A stretch of DNA of 64,000 nucleotides from Tubiluchus corallicola (taxonomy: Eukaryota > Animalia > Priapulida). Of this stretch, positions 39,401 to 58,712 are shown one piece after another (positions within the stretch are counted from its first letter, which is position 1; each line of letters opens with the position of its first letter). The position numbers were made by a program, and so were the translations under genes. The stretch is from contig JAQGDQ010000003.1 of the NCBI GenBank assembly GCA_030141605.1, positions 1-64,000 on the forward strand, read 5' to 3'. The notes under the pieces are model-generated. The model did no database searches. It worked only from the letters and a program-made list of their open reading frames with translations, and was not told where the DNA came from.

Positions 39401-39964
39401 ATCTCTGTTTTAAAACACTTAGAATTGTTTTTACAGATGTGTAGCATTATTTACAAAGTGGCAACATCGGAAAGTGGTTCATTCTGGCAGTAATAGCAAT
39501 ATCTTTGTTATTATATTCAACCGTTTTATGCAAGCCCTGTGTGTAGATCTAACTATTAGACAATAGAACTGAATCTTGATAAGAATTGTAAACTTAAATG
39601 CTTAGTCTAAGTAGATGCCTAGATACTGCTTAGCTGAATTCCCTACCTGTTCGACAATTGATGCAAGTCTTCCCAGTGCTAAACCGCATTCGTCATCACG
39701 AGTGAGAACAGCACTTCCGAGCTTAACTACAATGCGACGACAGTCCTTCAGTTCCGATCTGAATGCTGCAGCTACACGATTAGGTGAGGAAGTTCTGAAA
39801 CCTTTACTTTTGCTATGTGAAAAGTGGCTATATGCAGCATATACGCGATCAAGCTTGCTGGGTAATTTCAAGTTTCTACCACCAGAAGAGTGGCGAATAA
39901 TAGTGAGACAGTGAGCAGAAACGTCACTATTTCTGCGGAGACCAAATAGAGAAAACGCCTTCAT
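6388..39964 (-). CDS. ALDH18A1: Delta-1-pyrroline-5-carboxylate synthase (bifunctional gamma-glutamyl kinase / gamma-glutamyl phosphate reductase); whole spliced gene, 16 coding exons, 2367 nt incl. stop = 788 aa
   Basis: Exons joined by GT-AG introns with consistent phases: 39964-39647, 38706-38572, 37189-37082, 36376-36224, 35705-35589, 34834-34733, 33883-33721, 32897-32754, 32434-32297, 31621-31542, 30944-30807, 26837-26642, 26129-26008, 25220-25034, 21903-21808, 6557-6388. Motifs [48 protein letters not shown] (catalytic Cys), [32 protein letters not shown] match animal P5CS. Confidence 0.97.
8437..8810. repeat. Tandem repeat, ~146-bp unit, ~2.5 copies
   Basis: Units start (at)tcaaaatggc at ~8437, 8584, 8730; shared aaataact.aa.ta.ga.gcatt and tataaaagtgcatatgg..tatcagaaaaatag. 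Confidence 0.9.
9425..9930 (+). mobile_element. Non-autonomous DNA transposon-like repeat (partial), same family as 48312-49285
   Basis: Starts ta|CAGGACGATTGG; colinear similarity to 48312-48870 (tcaagatcataattt, attgcatttctttt, caatgaattcg, cttgtgacatttt, catccaaatga). Confidence 0.75.
10100..10292 (+). repeat. MITE fragment related to 16956-17183
   Basis: Shared tagata.aatc.gtt, tgttttca.tgca.ccgtttat, agctattcct.ttga, cgcagctattccgca. Confidence 0.7.
11897..11999. repeat. (CT)n microsatellite
   Basis: Direct reading. Confidence 0.95.
12200..12641 (-). mobile_element. Kolobok-like MITE family A, degenerate copy
   Basis: Left part is the reverse complement of 21180-21347; right end (gacttgtcctttcct) is the reverse complement of the end starting at 20455. 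Confidence 0.65.
13572..14069 (+). mobile_element. TTAA-flanked MITE family B (Kolobok-like), copy 1
   Basis: ttaa|AGCACAAGAAAA ... TTTTCTTCCTCA|ttaa; colinear with 15644-15947 and inverted with 56242-56723. Confidence 0.75.
15644..15947 (+). mobile_element. MITE family B, internally deleted copy 2
   Basis: Shared cagagcttgcgtta, tttgaaacaagtt, aaataatcagagcatt, aatgctaagtaatataactttg; ends ...gct|ttaa. Confidence 0.75.
16956..17183. mobile_element. MITE with ~40-bp imperfect TIRs (PIF/Harbinger-like, tentative)
   Basis: Left gtgacgtttactagatatccggaatgcgtgtgcgttatgc vs reverse complement of right end gtttcgttcaccaggcatctggaatgccttgtgcgttatgc. Confidence 0.7.
18422..18466. repeat. (TA)n microsatellite
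   Basis: Direct reading. Confidence 0.95.
20455..20570 (+). mobile_element. Kolobok-like MITE family A, terminal fragment
   Basis: ttaa|AGGAAAGGACATGTCATTTAGCAT, inverted match to 12530-12641. Confidence 0.6.
21085..21347. mobile_element. Kolobok-like MITE family A, complete 263-bp copy with TTAA TSD
   Basis: ttaa|AGGAAAGGCCAAGTCTTCTGGAAAGTTA ... TAACTTTTCAGAAGGCTCGGCCTTTCCT|ttaa; TIR similarity extends ~80 bp; TTAA TSD with RR...YY termini fits Kolobok. Confidence 0.85.
21808..21903 (-). CDS. ALDH18A1: P5CS coding exon 15
   Basis: [32 protein letters not shown]; phase 1/1, donor gtaaga. Confidence 0.95.
24200..24988. mobile_element. Kolobok-like non-autonomous element, family A relative
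   Basis: ttaa|AGGAAAAACCAA ... TTGGCTTTTCTT|ttaa; the last ~130 bp resemble 21235-21347. Confidence 0.65.
25034..25220 (-). CDS. ALDH18A1: P5CS coding exon 14
   Basis: [62 protein letters not shown]; phase 0/1. Confidence 0.95.
26008..26129 (-). CDS. ALDH18A1: P5CS coding exon 13 (catalytic Cys)
   Basis: [41 protein letters not shown]; phase 1/0. Confidence 0.95.
26642..26837 (-). CDS. ALDH18A1: P5CS coding exon 12
   Basis: [65 protein letters not shown]; phase 0/1. Confidence 0.95.
26951..28626. mobile_element. pogo/Tigger-like (Tc1/mariner) non-autonomous element, interrupted by an RTE insertion
   Basis: ta|CAGTAGGTGCCTTTTAATAGACTCAC ... GTGAGTCTATTAAGTGGTACCTATTG|ta: 26-bp TIR with 4 mismatches, TA TSD. 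Confidence 0.85.
27584..28400 (-). mobile_element. 5'-truncated RTE-clade non-LTR retrotransposon (RT C-terminus, inactive)
   Basis: [10 protein letters not shown] (degenerate Y/FADD), [27 protein letters not shown], then stop at 27749-27751 followed by [14 protein letters not shown]...GFIQQW*, short tgatggtgatgat tail. Confidence 0.9.
30807..30944 (-). CDS. ALDH18A1: P5CS coding exon 11
   Basis: [46 protein letters not shown]; phase 0/0. Confidence 0.95.
31542..31621 (-). CDS. ALDH18A1: P5CS coding exon 10
   Basis: [27 protein letters not shown]; phase 1/0. Confidence 0.95.
32297..32434 (-). CDS. ALDH18A1: P5CS coding exon 9
   Basis: [46 protein letters not shown]; phase 1/1. Confidence 0.94.
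32754..32897 (-). CDS. ALDH18A1: P5CS coding exon 8 (start of reductase domain)
   Basis: [48 protein letters not shown]; phase 1/1, donor gtaagt. Confidence 0.94.
33721..33883 (-). CDS. ALDH18A1: P5CS coding exon 7 (end of kinase domain)
   Basis: [54 protein letters not shown]; phase-1 donor AG|GTTTGT is required to keep frame. Confidence 0.92.
34733..34834 (-). CDS. ALDH18A1: P5CS coding exon 6
   Basis: [34 protein letters not shown]; tag|...|gtaatt. Confidence 0.95.
35589..35705 (-). CDS. ALDH18A1: P5CS coding exon 5
   Basis: [39 protein letters not shown]; cag|...|gtgagt. Confidence 0.95.
36224..36376 (-). CDS. ALDH18A1: P5CS coding exon 4
   Basis: [51 protein letters not shown]; donor GGT|GTAGGT. 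Confidence 0.93.
37082..37189 (-). CDS. ALDH18A1: P5CS coding exon 3
   Basis: [36 protein letters not shown]; phase 0/0. Confidence 0.95.
38572..38706 (-). CDS. ALDH18A1: P5CS coding exon 2
   Basis: [45 protein letters not shown]; tag|...|gtgagt, phase 0/0. Confidence 0.95.
39647..39964 (-). CDS. ALDH18A1: P5CS coding exon 1 (Arg/Ser-rich mitochondrial presequence + start of glutamate kinase)
   Basis: [11 protein letters not shown]...[30 protein letters not shown]; donor CAG|GTAGGG; upstream acceptor ttttgcag puts the exon start at 40012. Confidence 0.95.
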
Positions 39965-40556
39965 TATGCAGTTTGAGGAATTTTTTGATTAATCTAAAGC
40001 ATCACGAGTTACCTGCAAAATGAAACATTACAATAAAAAATTTAATAGGCATATAAATATTAATTTAATTTAAAACTATGCAGAACTACGTGCTAGGCAC
40101 AGCTCAAATATAGCTTATACATTAATGTTACAATTAGAAAAGTTTTTAGACGCTTCTTAATTTATAAGGTGAAACTCAAGTCACGTATGCTCTATAACGA
40201 AAACTACTTAATAAACGTTAGTAAGCCTATACATAGAACTATTACTAGAACTTATCAAAATTACTTACAAATGCTGTAACTACTAAATAAAACTCTATAC
40301 ATAGTAGTGAAAAAATTGTTGAAACAATCTGCAGTAAGTCATGCCAAATATTGCATCATCCATCTACACCAGTACTAAATCATAGGCCTACATGAGCCCT
40401 TATAAACTTATAGTGATAGGCTGTTGCAATTTCCACAATTCCGAGCACATATACGTTTGGAAAAAAACATAAGCATACATACATTCACTGTCTTGCAGCA
40501 GAGAAGAAATGAATATTCAGATACATTCTCTCAAATAATTATTAGTAACGTTATAC

Positions 40557-40700
40557 CTGAAATTGCACATCGAACCAGAAACAGTAAAAAGCGGACACGG
40601 CGCACCATAAAAGTGTAAACACAGCAAGTTAGAGCGGTACACAGTTCCTATTTCAAGAGCGTGGCCAAACAAATGACAAGAGCGTCAACAGATGGCAGTA
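40557..40700 (-). promoter_or_regulatory. Candidate non-coding first exon / promoter of P5CS (upper bound approximate)
   Basis: An acceptor at 40013-40014 just upstream of the ATG implies a 5' UTR exon; the best nearby donor is CAG|GTATAA at 40557/40556, next to a CpG-containing, more GC-balanced patch. Confidence 0.45.
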
Positions 40701-40995
40701 ACACGCTACATTCGAATTTTAAATAGTTTAACGTAAGAAATTTTGAGCTAAAGTAAGATATTAACCTTCTCTGTGCTAAGTACTTCGTTAGGCATTACAC
40801 TGTCGTGACTCGTGACTGTCCATCTTTTGTCCCAAAATGGTCAAGTGCTTAAAAATATATTTCTGGTGTTTTTTTTTCTGATTATATTGTTTCATGGGAG
40901 AGTATGCATTACCGTCGTCGTCAGCATGACAATAGCGATGTTGACGATAATAATGATAACAAAATTAAAAAAGGAGAGAGATGGAGGATTGTATG

Positions 40996-41661
40996 TCATT
41001 TTGCCAGGGCTCAATTTGCCAGTGCATCTTTTCGTCAGTCTAGCTTTTGGCCAGTGCGCATCATTTCACCAGTCTATCATTTTGCCAATCTATCTTTTCA
41101 TCGTGTTGTGTTTTGTTTCTCTCGGTAGGCTCGTAGAGAAAACCAGAAAACACTTCGTCAAATTAAACTAGTTTATTAAGTGAGAATTCTACAACACAAA
41201 AGTATGAAGGAACGCGAAATGATTACACTAAACGTGAAAATCTGGAAAACGTTTGAGTGTATCTGAAAATACAAGTATACAAGAGAATGGGTAAGTGGCG
41301 TCTGTGCGAAATCTGCGTGTCTGTCTCAGCGGCCTGCTTCGCCTTATATAGCGTGCCCGAGAAGCTTCTAGAAGTTTTGTTCCAGAACATTCCACACGGT
41401 AAGACGATTATTCTAACGGAACATTCTACAATGTTCTATGTAATTCTAATAGATGCCAGAGATCGGTCTGTCATTTCACCAGTCCTTCATTTTGTCAGTC
41501 TATATTTTCACCCGTGCATCTTTTCGCCAGTGCATCATTTCGCCAGTGTATCTTTTTGCCATTTTTAATTTGAAACAGTGCAGTAAGTATTTAAATCGTA
41601 GTACACTTCGCCAGTGCATCATTTTGCCAGGCTATTGTTTCTCCAGTATTATTTCGCCACC
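40996..41661 (+). repeat. Left arm of ~16-17-bp minisatellite (catcatttcgccagt), in two blocks 40996-41102 and 41470-41661
   Basis: Repeated tttcgccagt units; reverse complement of 44406-44985. Confidence 0.85.
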
Positions 41662-41689
41662 TGGGCGTACCTTTAACAGGCTACAAAGA

Positions 41690-44330
41690 GTGACCCTTTC
41701 TCTACTGAATGCCGACCTGGACCTCGTTTGGACCTCGAGGTCCTAGTTTTTGCAGGATCTTACCAGGAATTTTTCATTAATTTATTCTTTAGAGAAGCGT
41801 CCCTTGCAGTCGATATTTTTGTTGCAGATTGTCTGTTCCTTTGTGCATCTGCCCAGTTTCAACTTTTTCCAGGGTAGGTGAAACCGTTGCCCTTTTCTGG
41901 ACCCTCACTGACATGACAAAATTTGGGAAACCATAATTCCTTAACGCAACGAAGCCAAGTCACATGACTAACACTGAAGACTTAATTGACCTTGGCCAAT
42001 TAGATCTAGAAGCTCGAGGTGCTAATTTTTGTGGAGCCTCACCTGAACAAAACTCTCATGTTACTCAACACTGAAGCATCACCTACCATCATGATAGTCC
42101 AATCGATTGTCTATCTAATGATGTGCACACAGCCGCCACCATCACGGAGCTGCCATGCTACGGCCCTTGTTCGTGCTTAAGTAGGTCAAAAAACTGTGAA
42201 ATCAACATGCCTTAACTTGGGAAGCCATAACTTCTAGGCGAACGAAGCCAATTCACAGGCTAATACTAAAGACTTAGCTGACCTTGGCCTATCAGCCCTT
42301 GAAGTCATTAGGACCTCGAGGTCCTAATTTTTGTGGAACCTCATCAGAACAAAGCCCTTATTTAACTTAACGATGGAGTGCTGCCTACAAACATGGCGCC
42401 CAGCGGTGATAGTCCAATCAATTCTCTGTTGATGACGTGCACACAGCCGCCACCGCCACAGGACTGCTACGCACGGCCGTTTTTCTGGACCCATGTCAGT
42501 ACAATATTTAAAATATATACATATATAGCACGTATCGACATTGTTTGTTTCATTTAAACGCTTTGTGAGCGAAAGACATAAGTCGTACAGAGGCGTGTGA
42601 TATATCATTCGATAATGTATTGCGTCAAAACCGCGAGTCGAATTTCTTTTAGTCAGAAATAAAATGCCTGGTCAAAAATTTGACATTCAGAATCTGCTGT
42701 TATTTTCGTTGTGTGATGTCTAAGTTTTCGAAATTTTAGACACCTTTACTGCTAGAAGAAGTACCACCTATCCAAACGGAAAAAACAAATGAAATACCAT
42801 ACCATACCTATCCATACGCAACTCAGTTTTTTTTTACCTTAAACGATTGCTGTTTTATAAGGTCTCAAACATGTTAGTGTTGTACAAAGGCCTAAACTTT
42901 ATTGCAACATTGTTTAACTTTACCCTCACGTTTCTCATGACAGAAAGGCCACCTACCGACATGGCGGCCAGTGCTTATAGTCCAATCGATTGCGTATCTC
43001 ACGGACGTGCTATACTACTGCCACCCAACAAGGGTTATTGTGCAATAGCAGTTTTTCCCAATCTTGACCGCCAATAGTTAATATATAAGACGCCCTAAAC
43101 CTGTAGGGAGTACTTAAAGCATTTAAGTACAGGAAAAAGTGACAACTTTGAGAAGCCGTTATTTTTAAAGGAAGCGGCCCCAGTACACCTCCGGCCAATA
43201 GTGATAGCCCAATCGATTCTCTATCCAACGATATGCCACATATCCGCCATCGCCACAGGGCTGCCACGCTGCGGCCATTTTTGACACATACTTAAAATAT
43301 ACATATATATCGCTATGGACTTGGTTTCCTTTAAACACTCTATGACGGGAAGCCATAAGTCGTAAAGAAGCGTGTGATACATCATTCGATTCGCCATGAA
43401 ACTTAGAGCCACACGCACGGTGCTAAAGTCGCGTTTCGCGTAGCCACAAATGGCTATAACTAGGATGCTAGATCACCAGAATGTGTACATTTCGAATCTG
43501 CTGTCATTTTCGTTCTGCGGTGCCTGGTTTCCGAGATGCGGAGCTTTTTGGAATAACTCAAAAACTAGTTGGGCTACTTCACCAAATCTGGTGTGCATGT
43601 AGCCAAGGCAGAATAAATATATCCATTTTTGAGAAGCTATTACTCCTACGAGAAGCGCCACCTTCGCACGCTACGCCTAGAAGCCGTTAGGCCCTAAATT
43701 TTGTTTACTTGAACCATAACTTCACCATTAAGTTACTATACAGTGAAACAACACTTATCAAGATGGCGCTCTGCGGTGATAGGCCGATGAATTCTCTATA
43801 ACGATGTGCCACACAGCTGCCACCACCATGGGGCTGCCACGGCTACGGCCGTTTTTCTAAATCTGTGTGGTACTATATTTAAAACCTATGACAAAAAATC
43901 AATATTTTCAAATTTGGAAAGCCATAACTCTTGAAGGAAGCCATTTTGAATCGCCTGACTAACACCAGAATAGAGCTGTCCTCGCTCTATCGGGCATAGA
44001 AGGAGTTTGGTCATCGAGGCCCTAATTTTTGTGGTAGTTCACGAAAACTTTACTCAAGATCGAAGCACCATCTACAAAGATGGCGGCCAATGGCGAATTG
44101 TCTATCCAACAGCTGCTGCCACCTCCTTAATGGTTATTATGTAAAGGCAGTTTTTCGAAACACTTTCCTCTCAGTTAAGGTGTAGGGAAGCTAAAACCCT
44201 GTCCCCCCATAGTTATATAAGGTACAGGAAAAAGGACGACTTCGAGAAACCATTACTACCAGAGAAGCCATTTTCCAACCATCTCCGTCCTAGCAGCGCC
44301 CTAAACCATAACTCCTCCAATGTTCAGCAC
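41690..44330 (+). repeat. Modular degenerate repeat (probable non-autonomous transposon interior)
   Basis: Recurrent modules atggcggcc / atagtccaatcgatt / cacagccgccacc / ccataac / cctcgaggtcctaattttt; atag(t/c)ccaat-like core near 42094, 42409, 42977, 43204, 43779. Confidence 0.75.
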
Positions 44331-44405
44331 TTCTTCCACAATCAATTCCACAGACCAATTTTCACGCACTTAAAACTAAGAAAAAACATGTGACCCAAAC
44401 CCCTC

Positions 44406-44985
44406 ACTGGCGAAGTGTACTACTATTTAAATAGATACTGCACTATTTCTGACTACAACTGGCGAAATAACACACTGGCGAAGTGTACTAATATTGACAT
44501 ATTTATTGCGCGTTTTCCAATTACAACTGGCGAAATGATGCATTGGCAACGTGTATTACTATTTAAATATTTACTGCATTATTTCTAAGTACAACTGACG
44601 AAATGATCTACTGGCGAAATAACACACTGACGAAATATTACAACTGGCGAAATGATAAACTGGCAAAATAATAGACTGGCGAAATGGTGCACTGGCGACG
44701 TGTATTACTATATAAATATTTACTGCATTATTTCTGAGTACAACTGACGAAATGATCTACTGGCGAAATAACACACTGGCGAAATGATACACTGGCGAAA
44801 AGATAGACTGGCGAAATGATGTACTAGCGAAAAGATAGACTGGCGAAATGAGGCATTGGCAATGTGTACTGCTATTTAAATAGTTAATGCATTCTTTCTA
44901 AATACAACTACTGCCGAAATAATACCCTGGCAAAAAGATAGACTGGCGAATCGATGTATTGGCGAAAAGATAGACTGGCGAAATA
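44406..44985 (-). repeat. Right arm of the same minisatellite (actggcgaaatgat), inverted
   Basis: cactggcgaagtgtactactatttaaatagatactgcactatttc matches the reverse complement of gaaacagtgcagtaagtatttaaatcgtagtacacttcgccagtg in the left arm. Confidence 0.9.
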
Positions 44986-44990
44986 GGTGA

Positions 44991-45192
<202 letters not shown>

Positions 45193-45722
45193 AGGAGAGG
45201 CTTCATGACTTAAATGTCGAAATAAAAAATAATCTAATCTAATATAATGTAATCTAATCTAGAGGGAGAGTGACAGAGTGGCAGACAGAGACAGGAGAAA
45301 GAAAAAGAAAAGCAGGAATGAGAGAAAGAAAAGTTGAGAAGAAAGCTGAATGTAAATGCAGTAAAGTCTATTACGATATTATCCACAACGCTTTATTAAT
45401 TTATTACATAAAGCATATATAATAAAATGTAATCATCAGATTGCTTTCACATGTGTTAGGCACTTAAATTGACTACTTCTCTGAAAAGTGACAACAATAA
45501 TAACAATAATAAGTGAAGCTATTCAATGCAACCATATAAATGTTCGGCTTTTTTAGTATAGGTCTCTAAAGCCACATTATGAGAAACGAACAGGTTTAGA
45601 ATTTACTATAGAAAAAGCTTTTTTGCAGCAAAAGACACACCTGAGACACAACTTATTAATCGGTTTCCATTAAAAGCATTAGAAGTGCCTAACAGCTATC
45701 AAAACCATTAGCGGGCCAATTT

Positions 45723-54002
<8,280 letters not shown>

Positions 54003-54087
54003 GGAGTTTGCAAAATTCCAAAATCTTTATAATCCCGAAAGACTAAGGACCTTCATGTCCTTTAGAAATCGTATGTCTAGCCTGAGA

Positions 54088-54093
54088 TTTATA
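54088..54093 (-). promoter_or_regulatory. Candidate TATA box of the GRL gene
   Basis: TATAAA on minus about 86 nt upstream of the ATG; motif only. Confidence 0.3.
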
Positions 54094-56241
54094 TGCAGTT
54101 AAAAAAGCGTTCAAACAATCATCTGCACTAAATCTCAAACAACAGGTTACTATGTATTGTCAAACAGAGACAGACGACTGTTGTCTGATGGCGTATGGCT
54201 GATTCGTCTTTCACATTGAATGACTGAATCTCGCAGAAGTTAGCTTTGTTGCTAAGTAATTCGCCGCTGAAAAGTCTAAAGCAATTCTGAATCACCTAAC
54301 AGAGAAATAGAAGCGTCATTTACTACCGAGCTGCGCTATTAGAATGTTATATCCATCCCAATCGTGTCTTTTGTGCGTCTATATGTAGTAGTAAAATTAA
54401 CCCTGAATTTGCCAAACGCCATTGTCCGACCCTTCAGTTTAGCAACAGTTCACGCTGTTCGGATGGTGTATTTCTTATTGATCTTGTTTTTCATGGCTGT
54501 TGCCGTTATCATTGTAGTTGTTGTTGCTGACGCTGACACTGTTGGTGACTCCATCAGGTTTCTGTTGCTGTATATTGTCTATATGCTCGTTTGAGATCTC
54601 AGTATTAATACAGTAGTTATTTTTTTACAAATAAAAATTACAATAAATACACTGTTTTGTAAATTTAACTTTCGAATTTTGCAACATTGCCGCATTCTCT
54701 AAGAATACATGGCGATAGGTTTATGACAGGAGGGCCGCTACATTAAATTGTTTACAGTATGTTCAATAGTGACAATCGATTATCTTCACATAACCGATCA
54801 TCTTCATTGTTGCAGATTCTTGACAAAAAAAATCTTGCTAGCTGTGTAATGTAAATAATGTTAGCCCATCTTCATTTTATACACTTTTGTAGACATAGTT
54901 CTCCATCAATTCCTCGTGACACATTAATGACTTGCTGTGTTTAACTGTTTGGGGACGATGAAAGCTGCTAGCCTTTCCAAAGTTTAATTTTAATAATTGA
55001 AAGTAAAAAACAAACCCTAAACGGATTTTGTTGAAAATAACATTGTTTATTTCCATTAATATTTCAATGCCAAGAAAAACGCAAAATGTAATAAAGCAAA
55101 GCAATAGTCAAGAAAGCGATAAAGCATAATAAAAATTCATCGTCTCGCTTAGAAAAACTACCAATTGATTAAGAAGCTGGCGATAAGAATGTGCAAATAT
55201 AAAAGCAATGATGCACGCAATGAAGTTGAAACAAGAGAAACCTTACAAGAGAAAACAAGAGAGGTCTATTTTGACTAAACTAAGTAAAAAATAATGAGCG
55301 TGTTGTTTTTTTACTCCGAAGGCGACACCTGACGGAATTACTGAAAAATAAATATTGCGCACCTCATATTAATCTATACTTTACATTGTGATACAACCAA
55401 TGTTGTAATACTGTCGTGCGGGTTCAGACAAATCAATATAATTATGTAAATATGCTATATTCAATAAGTCGAAACCCGAACAGCTCTGTTTGTGTAAGGG
55501 TTAACGATAGTGTAGACGTACTAAATGAAACAAGAGTTTGATCAGAATAATAAACTCGTGGTGAATGAGATGGAAAGTGTTGTAAACTCTGCAGGAAATT
55601 TTCCGGTTTTTTGCGCGTCAGGCGTCGTAAACGTCTATATTTGATATTAATTTGCGTGCCCGTTCATGGCCTATAAAAACATCACGGCTTCACGTATTCA
55701 TTTTGTTCTCCTTGATAAAAGTTTGCAAGCCATAATTGATAGTCTTCTTCGGTTTATTATGCTTTTAAAATTTGCAGTCAATGTTTGTAGTGGCAGAACC
55801 AAGGGAAATAGTTCATGAATTGTTTTTAGCGGCTAACTTAAGCAACCCCGAATCTGGTCAGTAAAAGGATAGGTGATTGCTGGGTAAACACATTGCGTCA
55901 AACTTTCACCTACCATCTGCCACCATTTAGTTGAGGAATAACGTACATGCAAGCATCTGAACATGGTAGAGGCTCCTCCGTAGTTCAACTCACCTTTAGA
56001 GGGCTACCAGGCTACAAAGATCTCCATTAACTATAGACCCTACTGTTGAGTGCTGGATCTAGACATAGAAAAGGTATAAGATGTTGCTTTCGTGAAAGTA
56101 ATAAACCCAACTGAACAATAGTGTACCGACAGAAAAGGTGCTTTCGCTGACTTACAAAACATTTTAGGTGTATTGTTTTAATGTTAATTATGTCACATTG
56201 CTTAGTTAGTTCAGTGCTTTAATTTAATCCCCTGTCGTTAA

Positions 56242-56723
56242 AGGGAGAAAAGACAATTTTAAGGACTTTCGACATAATGTTATATTACTTAGCGTCACCG
56301 TTACCTGCTAGAAAGACTTAGAAAAGAAGATTCTTACTAATCTGAAATGTTCGCACCATCTGGTAAATACTGACATGCACCTTTCACCTTCCCAGTGTGC
56401 ACAACTGACTCATAAAAACATATTCTTAATCTTATTGACAAGATACAGTGAATAATACCTTTGCTTAATTAGTGAAGTGTGCACTACGAATGCTCTGATT
56501 ATTTATTTAAACTTTACGCCATGTTATCAAAACTTGTTTTAGACGAGTTACCGTTAAAATGGCTGCGCCTAATTAGTCGGCGCTAATTTAAGTTTACATT
56601 GTTAAGCTTTATACAGGGTTGCTGCTAATACAAGCTCTGTGCGCAACAGGACAGCATGTAAGTGATACGAAATTTCAAGACGATTTTTTTAGATTTATGT
56701 ATATAAAAGGATTTTCTTGCGCT
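56242..56723 (-). mobile_element. MITE family B, copy 3 (inverted)
   Basis: ttaa|AGGGAGAAAA ... TTTTCTTGCGCT|ttaa; contains aatgctctgattattt and ttaccgttaaaatggctgc, reverse complements of copy 1. Confidence 0.75.
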
Positions 56724-56839
56724 TTAATAATACATCATACTATACGGTATATAGACACTGATAATTGAATAGGCAGAAATTGTGTACGGCAAGGTATTAT
56801 GTTGCTATCCAAGGTATTCAGTTTTTACTGCATTGTTTT

Positions 56840-57660
56840 GAATTTGCTGCTCGAACTTTAGTAGACTGGAACCGTTCAATAGAAATACCATCAATATACA
56901 GTTGGTTTTCGGGGGGAATAGATTTATTTTTAGAACGAAACAAGATATATTTAATTGCATTTAAATATAGCTTATTAGCCTTAAATCAGTTGGAAATGTC
57001 ATCTAAAATTCTAAAGGATTATCTATAGTAATCAGATTGAAAATTGCAAAGTAAAAAACAAAATGTTATCATCTGCAAACTACGTTAGAGCAACTAACGT
57101 TTAGTTTAGAGAAAACTAAAAATGTTTTTGTCACTCATATACATTGAAAATAAAAGGAGCCCAAAGGTAGACAATTGCGAGATTCCGCAATTAATTAGTA
57201 ACTCGTTAGAAATGTAATTTTTGTATCTGACAAACTGAGTACGAACAAAGTAAATCGCTACTTAGTCATTTATTTGTTACCCCTCTAAAGCTGTAAAAGA
57301 TAATTATGCAGCAGTATTTTGTGATCAACTGTAACAAAGGCTTTAGAGAGGTCACAAAACACACCATCTATGATAGAATTACGTTCGACAGCACTAATAA
57401 TGGTTTCACAAGCAGTCAGTAATGGAAGATCGACTGAACACCCTTTTCTGAAACCAACCTGATTCTTGTTTAATATGCCATTGTTTGATTAAATAATTGT
57501 ACATTTGGTTATAAGCACAACATTCATAAGTTTTAGAAAAAACTGGTAACAATGAAATGGCTCTATAATTATACCTGAGAGTAGTATAGCCAGATTTATA
57601 CAGAGGAGCAACTGCAGTTTTTTTTCAAATTAACAGGTACTACACCAGAGGAAAAGGATA
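56840..57660 (-). mobile_element. Decayed CR1-group LINE reverse transcriptase (may extend to ~58100)
   Basis: With frameshifts/stops: NYRAISLLPV, NQVGFRKG, DLSKAFVTVDHKILL, CGISQLSTFGLLLF (GVPQGSxLGPLLF-like), FADD (~57070), FKANKLYLN, IDGISIER. Confidence 0.85.
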
Positions 57661-58712
57661 TATTTATTAAGTGACTCAAAGGAAGAGAAATACAATAAAT
57701 AATATCACGTACAGTTTTAGAAGAATAGTTAAAAATATCCGAAATTTTACTATATATACTACTGTAATATATTTGTACATGAGAATGTGATAAAATTTGC
57801 TTAAATCAAATAGTCCTTGGCATCATTAAGACACCGTATATCATAGACAAGCTGGAAAATTTACATTTCTTGCAAACTGATTTTCCTTTGGTTTCTTGTA
57901 GCTACATTAGAGTTCACAATAAAAGCTTAATATTCAATGCTAATGGTATAATTAAACTTGGCTTAAACATGTTCAGTATACTCAGATATAGAAAGTTGGA
58001 CTATTTAGATTAAGTCAATTACATTTGGACAAAAATATTCATAAAAATTCATGTAAATGTTCACACAAAAAATTTCTTAAATTTGCAAGTGTAAATATTC
58101 ACAGACAATAATAATACTTACGACATACATATCCAGCTAACGGTACTCTTATGATCAACTCAGGTTAGTATACTATTTCAAAAACTTAATAGTTTTCGCC
58201 AATGGTCAACGCTTCAAGTAGGTCATGGCGTGAATGACACACAAGCTGAAAGTTTTTGAGCTTTGTGTGAAATTTAATTTCACTGACTTTTTATTTTTTA
58301 AATTAGAAAAACAAGTTACCGCATACCCGTTACGTGTACACTCCAAATTTTTATTACGGGCCACAAACAAGGCAACTTCGTAATTTGGTACATACAACAA
58401 TTGCTGATAAACATTGCTGATTGCAATGAAACCAAAAAACTTAATAATGCCCCAGATGTGCAAGCAATTGAGACAATTGAATTAAACCATAACCACATCA
58501 ATTTCTTACATTATAATTACCATTTTTCCTGATCATTGAAACATCAGTGCTCCCTTAAAGATCATACAGTTCAGCTGTACCGTCAGCGAAATATAATTAG
58601 CCAATGTTTTGCTCAAATATAAACGAACAATTCCTTCTTAGAACGTTGTGTGAAATGTCTTAATGCACGTTGCTGCTACATGGTTTAATGTCAAAATGCT
58701 CTTATACAATAT

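Noticed and set aside
40305-40363. Minus-strand MDDAIFGMTYCRLFQQFFHYYV*, matching TYxxxxxQF, as GRL last exon
   Set aside because: Not hydrophobic, wrong spacing, weak acceptor, and inside the P5CS 5' region; 45818-45723 fits far better.
44406-44985. CRISPR-like repeat/spacer appearance
   Set aside because: The spacers are themselves repeated, the context is eukaryotic and there are no cas genes; it is a minisatellite.
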